Source: Minisyncoccia bacterium
Lineage (GTDB): Bacteria; Patescibacteriota; Minisyncoccia; Phycocordibacterales; UBA9973
Reading direction: 5' to 3'
Length of the DNA: 64,000 bases
Assembly (NCBI GenBank): GCA_038244685.1
Contig: JBBRTD010000001.1
Location: 259,569 to 323,568 of the forward strand
Part shown: positions 55,578 to 64,000 of the stretch, piece by piece
Layout of the letters: each line of letters opens with the position of its first letter
Position numbering within the stretch: the first letter of the stretch is position 1
Notes under the pieces: generated by a model
What the model was told of the DNA's origin: nothing
Seen by the model: only the letters and a program-made list of their open reading frames with translations
The model's database searches: none
Made by a program: the position numbers and the translations under genes

Positions 55578-56366
55578 ATGAAGCTAAAAATCCTTTTTGA
55601 AGATAAGAATATGCTAGTCGTAGACAAGCCAGCAGGTATTGCCGTACATGCTGATGCTCGAACAAAAGATAAAGACATAACAATGGCTGATCTTATATTG
55701 GATTATGATAAAAAACTTGAAAAAGTTGGGGAACCTATGGTTATAGAATTTGGGGGAAAAGAAATAAAGATTAAGCGTCCAGGTATTGTTCATCGACTCG
55801 ACAGAGAAACATCTGGAGTTTTGCTTGTTGCTCGTAATCAAAAAACTTTTCTTTTTTTAAAAGAGCAATTCCAAAATCATACAATAAAGAAGGTTTACCG
55901 AGCTTTTGTGTATGGTTTTGTCTCTGATCCTAAGGCATCACTTGCTACAGGAAAGAGGGGGGTCATTAATGCTTCTATTGGACGTTCACCCATAGATATT
56001 CGAATGTGGACAGCTGGCCGTGGAGCGAGAGAACCACTTCGTACAGCTATGACTGAATACGTAGTTTTAAATAGATTTTCCGATAATAATATAGAAGGTA
56101 TAAATCAAGATAATAAATTCTCTTACATTGAAGCATACCCAAAGACTGGGCGTACTCACCAGATTCGAGTTCATATGAGATACATTAATCATCCTGTTGT
56201 TTCTGATCCACTTTACAGAGGAACAAAAGAATTAGCTCTCGGAATGAAGCGTCTTGCATTGCATTCATATTCAATAACCTTCAGAACTCCAAATGGCGAG
56301 ATGAAAACAGTTGAATCTCCGCTACCTTCCGATTTTAAAAAAGTAATAAAAACATATCTTGCTTAA
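55578..56366 (+). CDS. RluA/RluD-family pseudouridine synthase
   Basis: DKPAG, HRLDRETSG, TGRTHQIRVH and LHS. Confidence 0.93.
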   Translation: MKLKILFEDKNMLVVDKPAGIAVHADARTKDKDITMADLILDYDKKLEKVGEPMVIEFGGKEIKIKRPGIVHRLDRETSGVLLVARNQKTFLFLKEQFQNHTIKKVYRAFVYGFVSDPKASLATGKRGVINASIGRSPIDIRMWTAGRGAREPLRTAMTEYVVLNRFSDNNIEGINQDNKFSYIEAYPKTGRTHQIRVHMRYINHPVVSDPLYRGTKELALGMKRLALHSYSITFRTPNGEMKTVESPLPSDFKKVIKTYLA

Positions 56367-56394
56367 AATAGGCATATATGATAAAGTAGAACCC

Positions 56395-56790
56395 ATGGAA
56401 ATAACGAAAGTACAATTTACACCAGTAGAGCAAGTTTCTCGCAAAACCCTTGATTTTAAAGCAGGAGATACTGTTCGTGTGTGGAGTAAAATTATGGAAA
56501 AAGGAAAAGTTCGTCTTCAGGCTTTTGAAGGACTAGTTTTGTCACGCAAGCATGGAACAGAGTCAGGAGCTACTTTTACTGTTCGCAAGGTATCATTAAG
56601 TGTTGGAGTTGAACGTATTTTTCCTCTCTATTCTCCTAACATTGATAAAATAGAAGTCTTGAGAAAATCAAAGACTCGCCGAAATAAATTATATTATATT
56701 CGTACAAAGGCAGTTAAGGAAGTTAAGAAAAGACTAAAGAGTGTTACCATCTCAAGAGAAGAGAAACCTACAGAAGAGAAAACAGCATAA
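56395..56790 (+). CDS. rplS: 50S ribosomal protein bL19
   Basis: FKAGDTVRV, RLQAFEG, TFTVRK, GVERIFP and RRNKLYYIR. Confidence 0.96.
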   Translation: MEITKVQFTPVEQVSRKTLDFKAGDTVRVWSKIMEKGKVRLQAFEGLVLSRKHGTESGATFTVRKVSLSVGVERIFPLYSPNIDKIEVLRKSKTRRNKLYYIRTKAVKEVKKRLKSVTISREEKPTEEKTA

Positions 56791-56893
56791 TAAACAAATA
56801 AAAAATAGAGGTTAGAAATCTATCATAGATATCTAACCTCTATTTTTTATTGAAAAAAATACAAGAATTAGTTATACTCGATATGTTTACAAT

Positions 56894-56977
56894 GCGCGGG
56901 TGTTGAAACTGGTAGACAAGCATCCTTGAGGTGGATGTGCCCTTACGGGTGTGGAGGTTCAAGTCCTCTCCCGCGCA
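56894..56977 (+). tRNA. tRNA-Leu(GAG)
   Basis: Acceptor gcgcggg/cccgcgc, anticodon arm catcc-ttGAGgt-ggatg and a long variable arm. Confidence 0.95.
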
Positions 56978-57165
56978 CAATAAGAAAAACCTTTTTAAAA
57001 AGGTTTTTCTTATTGTGCGCGGAATGAAGAACCTACGTTCTTCATGTGAGAGGAATTGAAAACCTTGAGTATATTTTCTTAAATTTAATAATTTTAGAAA
57101 ATACGAAAGGTATACTGGTCATGTAATGACCAAGAAGCGTACTCGCGTTCCTCTCCCGCGCACAA
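56978..57165 (+). repeat. tRNA-3'-associated fold-back element (Leu copy)
   Basis: 52-bp perfect palindrome at 56971-57022, an interrupted antisense tRNA 3' end, a conserved core and a 17-nt direct repeat of the tRNA 3' end at 57149-57165. Confidence 0.8.
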
Positions 57166-57193
57166 AGTTAGAGATATAAGATATAATAGGAGC

Positions 57194-57766
57194 ATGATTG
57201 CCATTTTAATTAATTTATTTTACTTAATAGTATTTTTGGTTTTTTTTATTGTTCTCATTTTATTATTTTTCTGGATGTGGAGCGCAATTAAGGCTAAAGT
57301 TCCATTTGTTCCAGTTTCTAATAATATTTTAAAAGATATAAAGGAAGCCCTTCAGCTTAAAGAGGGCAGTGTTGTTTATGATTTAGGTTGTGGTGATGGC
57401 AGAGTACTTTTTTATCTTTACAAAAATAACCCAAATCTAAAATACATTGGGGTGGAAAATAGCCCCTTTCCATATTTTTTGGCTTATATACTTAATTATT
57501 TTCATAAGAAAAGATATAAAAGTAATATTGAAATTATAAAAGGAGATTTTTTTAATATAGATTTATCAAATGCGACTCATGTTTTCACATATCTTTATCC
57601 AAACATTATGGATGATTTAATGCCTAAACTTAGCAAAGAGCTTAACCCAGGAACCCGCCTTGTTTCGGTTTCTTTTCATTTTACAAATAAACGCGAGATA
57701 AAAGAGATAGATTTAAAGAGAGGAAAATATAAACTTTCGCAAAAAATATATGTTTATGATTTTTAA
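57194..57766 (+). CDS. Membrane-anchored class I SAM-dependent methyltransferase
   Basis: TM segment, VPFVP, YDLGCGDGR and ELNPGTRLVS. Confidence 0.85.
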   Translation: MIAILINLFYLIVFLVFFIVLILLFFWMWSAIKAKVPFVPVSNNILKDIKEALQLKEGSVVYDLGCGDGRVLFYLYKNNPNLKYIGVENSPFPYFLAYILNYFHKKRYKSNIEIIKGDFFNIDLSNATHVFTYLYPNIMDDLMPKLSKELNPGTRLVSVSFHFTNKREIKEIDLKRGKYKLSQKIYVYDF

Positions 57767-57847
57767 AAGAGTAGTTTTGAATAATTGATAAATATTATTT
57801 AAGTGCGTAGTTTACTACATAAGAAATCGGTAGTATAATAGCCATGT

Positions 57848-60274
57848 ATGATAACTCCAGATTTAATTGAGTATATAAAAACACAACTAAATAAAAATAT
57901 TTCGAAGGATTTAATTATTCAACGTTTAGAAGAAGCCGGTTGGCGGATGGAAGATATAGAAGAGGGTATTACTGAGGCATCTCCAGCTAAGGTAGAAATT
58001 AAGGTTGCGCCTGTTCAAGAAGAAAAGATTGTTATCGTTGATAATTATAAAGAAACACCTCTAGTAAAAGAAGAAATTATTAAAAAAACAGAAGAGCCAA
58101 CTGAACCCTTAGAGATTAAAAAGGCGGTTGATCCGTACAGAGAATTACCAGATGGAACTGAACCTGTTGTCGCAAAAGAGGAAGTAAAAAGTACCCCAAC
58201 GAGTAGCTTGGATTTATTGAAAATTTGGGTTCCGACAACGATTAAACCAAAGAATGAAGAAATAAAGATAGAGCCAGAGGTAAAGATTGAAGCAGAAGTT
58301 AAAAAAGAGCCAGAAATAAAACCTGAAATAAAAATAGAGCCAGAAGCAGAAATAGAATATATTGGCGAACCAGAAAAAACAGAAGCAACTCCTTCTTTGT
58401 CTGAAATGGGGTCACAAAATCAAATACAAATTGAATCAACTAAAACAGAAGTTGGAAGTGAAGCAATTTCGAGTATTCCAATCATAGAATTAAATAAGTT
58501 AAATTTGCCTATTATTGAAAATAAACAGCCAGATGCTTCGCTTATCTCTGCTTTTAATCCGATGTTGAGTGGAGACACATCTTCTCTTTCATCAGAAATT
58601 AAACAACCAGAAGAAAAAACAATCGTTGATGATTTCATACCAACAATAAATAAAAGTCCTTTTTCTAAGCCGATTGCACAAACAATACTAGAACCTCAAA
58701 AATTACAACCGATTAAGAGTAATATAGTTCAGAATGGAATGTCGGATATTTTACCTAGGAATGCAATGATTTCATCATATTCCCAGGCATTATTGTCTTC
58801 AACTAAAGAGAAAGAAGAGATAGTTTCATCTCTTCCCAAAAAACATAAATTTCTAAAATTTGTAGTTATTTTATTTGTTATAAGTCTTATTAGTGGTATG
58901 ATTTTTGCTTTTGTAGAGGGCTATCTAAAAATTCCTGGTTCTAATTTTAGTTTTTCTGTTGTTAAAAAAGACCCCCAAGCAGTAATGATGGAAGCACCTT
59001 TTTCTATCTCCAAATTAAAATCTTATAAAGTAGAAACAAATATAAATATTTCATCTCCGTCTCTTTCTAATATTAGCATTGGTCTATCTAGCGGAAAGGT
59101 GGTTGATTCTGCCGACCGAGACTCTGTCTCTATTATAGCTAAGGGCTCAGCTAATCATGTTGACGATAAGCTACTTTTTGATTATTTATTAAATTTCAAA
59201 AGTTCTATTTTGAAAAATGAGATTATTAGTAATTGGAAATATGATGGGTCAGATTTGCATGTAAGCGTTCCTGATACAAGCGAGATTTTTAAGAAAGATG
59301 CACCGAAGCCTACCATCATATCCATGAAGCCTAATGATATTGGTTTAATAGAAGGGGAATTATCTCCATCACTTCAAAATATAATAAAGAAGATAGATAT
59401 TTATAATATTCTTTCGAATGACGTTCCACTGTATGTTAAAAATGAAACATCTTCAATTTTAAAAGAATTTATTACAGGCCTTCAGTATACTGAAAAAGGA
59501 GAAGAGAGTATTCATGGAGTTGATACTTACCATTATGAGATGTCGACCGACCGTCAATCAACAAAGAAATTATTGAGTTCATTAGTAGATCTTTTTGTTA
59601 TGGAATTACCAGCAGATCAGAAGAAAAATTTAGACGAAGCACTTGGAGCTTCTGCCTTTAGTTCATTTGATGTATGGGTTGGGAAAAATGATGATAATCT
59701 TTATCAAATAAAATTTACTTTGAATGCACCTTTGTCTAAAGTTTTAGGATTAAATGATAGTGGAATTGCAGGGAATGAAGTTAAGTTAGATTGGACTACA
59801 ACTTACTATGATTTAAATGTAGACAATAAAATTGTCATGCCGGACGAGCAAGTAAATATGCAAGGTTTTATAAAAAATATTAGAGATATAAAAATTAAAA
59901 ATACTATTTCTGCTTTTAAGCCTCAGGCTAATTCATTAAGAAACGCAATAGGTTCTTATGGTAATAGATCAAATCCTGCTGGAAGTTGTACTAATCCAAA
60001 TCCTGGCTCGTTATTCTCTCCACAGGGTCACCCAAGGAGTGCAGAGGGGGCAATTAGTTCTATCTCAAGCTCAATGATTGCTTTATTGTCAGAAACAAAC
60101 GGAGCTGGTTCTTGCTATTCCACTTCAGGAGCATGGGCCTTGTCTGCTCCTCTTGCTACAAGTTCAGATTCTTTAGTCCCTAATCCAAATGATGTTAATT
60201 ATTTCTATTGCACCGACAGTAGTGGAAATACAAAAACTCTTTCTGCTCCGATAACAGGAGTAGAGTGTAAATAA
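57848..60274 (+). CDS. Large bitopic membrane protein with acidic linker, LppX-like beta sheet and pilin-head-like C-terminus
   Basis: N-terminal YIK..L..GW domain, DPYRE, TM segment, EESIHGVDTYHY..VWVGK and AWALSAPL..YCTDSSG. Confidence 0.75.
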   Translation: MITPDLIEYIKTQLNKNISKDLIIQRLEEAGWRMEDIEEGITEASPAKVEIKVAPVQEEKIVIVDNYKETPLVKEEIIKKTEEPTEPLEIKKAVDPYRELPDGTEPVVAKEEVKSTPTSSLDLLKIWVPTTIKPKNEEIKIEPEVKIEAEVKKEPEIKPEIKIEPEAEIEYIGEPEKTEATPSLSEMGSQNQIQIESTKTEVGSEAISSIPIIELNKLNLPIIENKQPDASLISAFNPMLSGDTSSLSSEIKQPEEKTIVDDFIPTINKSPFSKPIAQTILEPQKLQPIKSNIVQNGMSDILPRNAMISSYSQALLSSTKEKEEIVSSLPKKHKFLKFVVILFVISLISGMIFAFVEGYLKIPGSNFSFSVVKKDPQAVMMEAPFSISKLKSYKVETNINISSPSLSNISIGLSSGKVVDSADRDSVSIIAKGSANHVDDKLLFDYLLNFKSSILKNEIISNWKYDGSDLHVSVPDTSEIFKKDAPKPTIISMKPNDIGLIEGELSPSLQNIIKKIDIYNILSNDVPLYVKNETSSILKEFITGLQYTEKGEESIHGVDTYHYEMSTDRQSTKKLLSSLVDLFVMELPADQKKNLDEALGASAFSSFDVWVGKNDDNLYQIKFTLNAPLSKVLGLNDSGIAGNEVKLDWTTTYYDLNVDNKIVMPDEQVNMQGFIKNIRDIKIKNTISAFKPQANSLRNAIGSYGNRSNPAGSCTNPNPGSLFSPQGHPRSAEGAISSISSSMIALLSETNGAGSCYSTSGAWALSAPLATSSDSLVPNPNDVNYFYCTDSSGNTKTLSAPITGVECK

Positions 60275-60275
60275 T

Positions 60276-60695
60276 ATGCAAATTATATTTATTATTTCTA
60301 TTTGTCTTTTTAGTCTTTTGGGCTTCTTTATTTCGAGGTATATTTATCAAAACAAAAAGTTAAACAAGAAAGTTATATGCCCAAATAAGTCAAAATGCGA
60401 TCGGGTTATTTATTCTTCATATTCGAAAATATTTGGTTTGGGAGTAGAGCAAATAGGGATGGTGTACTATGCTTTTATTGGTTTTGCTTTTGGTTTCGCT
60501 TACGTCTTCAGCCTCTATAATTTTGGAATTAAATTTATTCTATTTGGAATAACTATTTGTGCTTTGTTATTTTCTATATATCTTATTACGGTTCAAGTCT
60601 TAATTATAGAAAAAATATGCATGTGGTGTTTAATGTCATCCATTATATCTTTTGCTATATTTGTTTTGGCCTATTTTTACACATTTGCAATATAA
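60276..60695 (+). CDS. Vitamin K epoxide reductase (VKOR) family protein
   Basis: C....CDRVIYSSYSKIFG and CMWC in a TM segment. Confidence 0.9.
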   Translation: MQIIFIISICLFSLLGFFISRYIYQNKKLNKKVICPNKSKCDRVIYSSYSKIFGLGVEQIGMVYYAFIGFAFGFAYVFSLYNFGIKFILFGITICALLFSIYLITVQVLIIEKICMWCLMSSIISFAIFVLAYFYTFAI

Positions 60696-60772
60696 TATTT
60701 ATACCTAGATTTTTTAAGCATTTTCTGGTATAAATGGTTAGTTACTATTATTTAAGGTAATAGTATAGATAT

Positions 60773-60848
60773 GGTGCTTATAGTGTAATGGTTAGCACTA
60801 GAGTTTGTGGAACTCTCGGTCTGGGTTCAAATCCCAGTAGGCACCCCA
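60773..60848 (+). tRNA. tRNA-His(GUG)
   Basis: Encoded G-1, acceptor gtgctta/taggcac, C discriminator, loop ttGTGga and CCA. Confidence 0.95.
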
Positions 60849-61029
60849 TAACAAAAACCCCTGAAAAGGGTTGTTTTTGTTTTGGGGTGCCCAAGCAAAT
60901 GAACTGCTTCATTTGCGTCTGGGGATTTGAAGACCTTGAACTTGGATTTTGAAACTCTGTTTCAAAATCCGTGAAAGGTGTACAGATTCTGTAAGAATCA
61001 AAAAGTGTACTCGCGGTCCCAGTAGACAC
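60849..61029 (+). repeat. tRNA-3'-associated fold-back element (His copy)
   Basis: Hairpin into the tRNA 3' end, an interrupted antisense 3' end, the same core as the Leu copy and a 12/13 direct repeat tcccagtag[g/a]cac at 61017-61029. Confidence 0.8.
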
Positions 61030-61098
61030 AACCCTTGATTTGTTATATTTTAGTTGTATTATTAAATTATTAATATTTATAATATATATATCTAACTT

Positions 61099-62739
61099 AT
61101 GAAAAAATACGCGGTGTTCTTGCTCTTGGCCTTTTTGGTTACTCCTTCTTTCGCTAAGGCTTCAGTTTTGTATAGTCAGTCAATTACACTATCTCCTGGT
61201 TGGAATACTATATCTACCCCAAAGGTTTTAGAGTCACATGTTTTTTCAGCAGCAGAAACTTCAAATAATTTTGATATTTATACTCTTAATTCTTCAAAAC
61301 CTTCTGGCTGGGCTACTCTTGCTGATTTAAACCAAACAGAATTTACTCCACTCTTTGGGTATTTTATAAATAATAAAACAGGAGTAACTCAAACTTTAAC
61401 TTTTAATTATAAAAATGTTTCTATTGGGGAGCAGTTTTTTAGTAGAATATTTCCAACCTCTGGTTGGTACTCTTTTGGTATAGCGAATTCTACCTATGCT
61501 AAAAATTTGAATAGTGACAATACTGATATAAATAACCCAGACAATATATTAAATTCACTTATTGATTCATCTGTTCATTATGGAGATGTCGTTGATTTTA
61601 CCGATGCAAGTTATTTAACAAACAAAGACTCTGTTGCTGTAATTAGTCCCTGGAAAGATGCAGTTAGATCTGCCAGTATAGCTAATAATACTGAAGTGAA
61701 TACATTAAATGATTTTCGTGAGTTAAAAGGTTATGCCATTTATATAAAAGATGCGAATACAGAATATAGTGGTTTTCAAAATACTACAATTTTTCAATGT
61801 TCTGATGGAATAGACAATGATGGAGATGGCTCTATTGATATGATCGATATTGGTTGCAATAGTAATGTAGACAATTTAGAGTATAATCTTCCTGTTGCTC
61901 TTACTGTATCAAAGGAGACTTCAAGTCCTATTGCTCAAACAGTTAAAGTTTCAAATACAGCTTCAACATCAGATATTCCTATGCTTGTATTCAAGCTTAA
62001 AAACACAGGTGCTGACATGACATTTGATGCTATGTCTTTCAAGGTTGATGCTTCAACAAGTCCATTAGCTATGATCGGTGAACTTACATTGAAAGAAGGT
62101 GGAAACACTGTTGCAACATGGACACCAACATCAGCAACAACAGGCCCACAAACAGTAACATTTAATCTTGATAATACGTATAAGATTCCAGAAGACTCAA
62201 CGAAAATTTTCACAGTTGTAGCTAAGATCAACGATATTGATAACTTTACAGCTGGAACATTGGATGTTTCGTATCTTTCTGCTTCATATGAAATTACAAA
62301 TACAAAAACTATTTTAGCTTCAGTATCAGGTTCAGCAGTAGGTGAGACTCAGACATTCTTTAGTACAGGAGCCGCTGTAAAGTTTGTTTCTGAAGCTTAC
62401 ACAGCCGCTGTTTCTGGAACAAGTCCTACAGAAGGTTCTATCGCTATTACTTTCACAGTTGAAGCTGTTGGAGATAATGACGTAGTAATCAAAGAAAACG
62501 GTTCTAACGTTCTTAATACATTAGTATTAGGTGCTGGAGTGGATACACAAAATACTCTTAACACTATTGTTACAGAGTCAGGCGTATCAGCACTAGCTGG
62601 TAACTTCACTGTTTCATCAGGTGACGTAAAGACATTTACAGTTACACGAAGATTTAGTTATGCTCCAGGATTCGTTATATTAACACTTAACAGTGTTGCA
62701 GGATCAACAGTTTCAAACGTTAAAACAGCTGCTCATTAA
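61099..62739 (+). CDS. Secreted surface/S-layer-like protein
   Basis: Signal peptide, ITLSPGWNTISTP, CSDGIDNDGDGSIDMIDIGC and a Thr/Ser/Val-rich beta C-terminal half. Confidence 0.8.
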   Translation: MKKYAVFLLLAFLVTPSFAKASVLYSQSITLSPGWNTISTPKVLESHVFSAAETSNNFDIYTLNSSKPSGWATLADLNQTEFTPLFGYFINNKTGVTQTLTFNYKNVSIGEQFFSRIFPTSGWYSFGIANSTYAKNLNSDNTDINNPDNILNSLIDSSVHYGDVVDFTDASYLTNKDSVAVISPWKDAVRSASIANNTEVNTLNDFRELKGYAIYIKDANTEYSGFQNTTIFQCSDGIDNDGDGSIDMIDIGCNSNVDNLEYNLPVALTVSKETSSPIAQTVKVSNTASTSDIPMLVFKLKNTGADMTFDAMSFKVDASTSPLAMIGELTLKEGGNTVATWTPTSATTGPQTVTFNLDNTYKIPEDSTKIFTVVAKINDIDNFTAGTLDVSYLSASYEITNTKTILASVSGSAVGETQTFFSTGAAVKFVSEAYTAAVSGTSPTEGSIAITFTVEAVGDNDVVIKENGSNVLNTLVLGAGVDTQNTLNTIVTESGVSALAGNFTVSSGDVKTFTVTRRFSYAPGFVILTLNSVAGSTVSNVKTAAH

Positions 62740-62750
62740 TTATAATTTAT

Positions 62751-63593
62751 ATGAAAAAAAATTTATTTATTTTTATCACTTTAATAATATTCCTATTCCC
62801 ATTGATATCTTTTGCTTCTGCAATTCCTAAATTTCCAATGGCATTTTATGGAAATGTTACGATAAATGGAGTAAAAGCTCCAGAGGGGACAGTTATTAAA
62901 GCATATTATGGGCCTATTTTAGCAGGACAATCTACTGTTGATAGTTCCGGTGCTTATGGTTATGTTTCATCAATCGCCAAGAAACTTCTTGTTAGTGAAG
63001 GAGACGGAATTATTACTTTTAAGTTTCAGTTAGCATCAATTTTATCGGGAGTAGAAAGTACTGGCACTACAACTATTTCTTTTCCTGGTTTTGGAGAAGG
63101 AGTAACAATAAATAAAGATTTAGCTTTTACCTACACTATTGTTTCTAGTGGAGGAGGTGGTGGTGGGGGAGGTAGCAACTCTTCTTCTTCAACAACAATA
63201 CCAATAATAAAACCTATTATTTCCATAACTCCTACTGCTTCATCTATACTTGGTTGTGAAAATAGAACAAGTGGATTTAGTTTTATTAATGGTCAATCTT
63301 GCCTAAAAAATGTAGTTTCAGATATAAATCAAGTTACAGATTTACCAGTTACCCCCTTATCAAATTTAGAAGCTTCAACATATAATCTTGGCACAAAAAT
63401 TTTAAAAAATGGAAGTAGAGGTGAAGCAGTTAAAGAGTTACAAAGATTTTTAAATGATACCTTAAAGTTAGGATTAGTTCTTGATGGAAAACTTGGACCT
63501 AAAACAATAGCAGTAATAAAACAATGGCAAAAAAATAAAGGTTTAGTTCCTGACGGTTTAATTGGACCCAAAACCAAAGCATTAATGAGATAA
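62751..63593 (+). CDS. Secreted protein with C-terminal peptidoglycan-binding domain
   Basis: FYGNVTING N-terminal domain, poly-Gly linker and LKNGSRGEAVKELQRFLN..DGKLGPKT..WQ...GL..DGLIGPKT. Confidence 0.85.
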   Translation: MKKNLFIFITLIIFLFPLISFASAIPKFPMAFYGNVTINGVKAPEGTVIKAYYGPILAGQSTVDSSGAYGYVSSIAKKLLVSEGDGIITFKFQLASILSGVESTGTTTISFPGFGEGVTINKDLAFTYTIVSSGGGGGGGGSNSSSSTTIPIIKPIISITPTASSILGCENRTSGFSFINGQSCLKNVVSDINQVTDLPVTPLSNLEASTYNLGTKILKNGSRGEAVKELQRFLNDTLKLGLVLDGKLGPKTIAVIKQWQKNKGLVPDGLIGPKTKALMR

Positions 63594-63672
63594 TCAATAA
63601 TTTTTTAAAGATTCCTAAATTGACTAATATTTGGCGTATCCAAGATTAATTTATCTCTGATATAATAGATAT

Positions 63673-64000
63673 ATGTCAGACTTTAAAATCAATAAAATTA
63701 AAGGTCCAAATAACAGCGAAGTTTCTTTCTGTCCGGAAAGAGGGGGAATTGTCACTTCTCTTAAGCTGAAAGGTAAAGAAATATTTTATTTCGACAAGGA
63801 AACATTTCAAGACAAGGGCGAAAGCGTCCGCGGTGGAATTCCTATTCTTTTCCCAAATATGGGAGAGCTTAAAGAAGAATCAATTTATCCAAACTTAAAA
63901 AGACATGGTTTTGCTAGAAACTTAACTTGGAATACAGAAGAAATAGATAAAGGATTTAAAGAAATTTTACTTTCAAATAAAGAGACAAGAAAAATATATC
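63673..64000 (+). CDS. Aldose 1-epimerase / galactose mutarotase family protein, 3'-truncated by the window edge
   Basis: Manual translation MSDFKINK...PERGG...VRGGIPILFP...HGFARN. Not in the ORF track. Confidence 0.85.
   Translation, partial: MSDFKINKIKGPNNSEVSFCPERGGIVTSLKLKGKEIFYFDKETFQDKGESVRGGIPILFPNMGELKEESIYPNLKRHGFARNLTWNTEEIDKGFKEILLSNKETRKIY

Noticed and set aside
56964-61029. tRNA 3'-end direct repeats as attL/attR of a prophage or genomic island
   Set aside because: Each repeat lies only ~185 bp from its own tRNA, encloses no integrase or cargo, and comes with an antisense copy. Reported as a fold-back element instead.
60778-61029. 83-aa minus-strand ORF
   Set aside because: It overlaps tRNA-His and the structured element and has no protein features.
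1-64000. Alternative genetic code (UGA=Gly, as in Gracilibacteria/Absconditabacteria)
   Set aside because: Conserved genes are full length under code 11, and TGA ends ORFs at plausible positions (e.g. 36406, 42626).

Overview
Low-GC chromosomal window that looks like a Patescibacteria/CPR (Parcubacteria, Nomurabacteria-like) genome using standard code 11. The taxonomy is inferred from gene content and from promoters with no Shine-Dalgarno site. The window spans the replication origin (jag-yidC-yidD-rnpA-rpmH | dnaA-oriC-dnaN). Left of the origin is a ~17 kb Patescibacteria-type T4SS-like cluster: VirB6-like, PrgI, a VirB4-associated protein, VirB4 and a VirB2-like pilin fused to a putative muralytic domain, with no VirD4 or relaxase in view. 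Right of the origin are housekeeping and repair genes (PBP1A, tyrS, ruvABC, polA, mutM, tsaE, rpsT, rplS), type IV pilus genes (pilB, a pilM-pilN fusion, pilO-like, a pilin), surface proteins and seven tRNAs. The least explained signals are non-coding. (1) Two tandem monocistronic cassettes at 34.56-36.48 kb share a near-identical promoter and a 5' leader hairpin with different stems but the same apical motif TCTCAAATYTGGG, and both encode proteins with Bacteroidota-style signal peptides. (2) A conserved fold-back element follows both tRNA-Leu and tRNA-His, built from an antisense copy and a direct copy of each tRNA's own 3' end around a shared structured core. (3) There is a 6S-like RNA candidate and several REP/MITE-like hairpin families.
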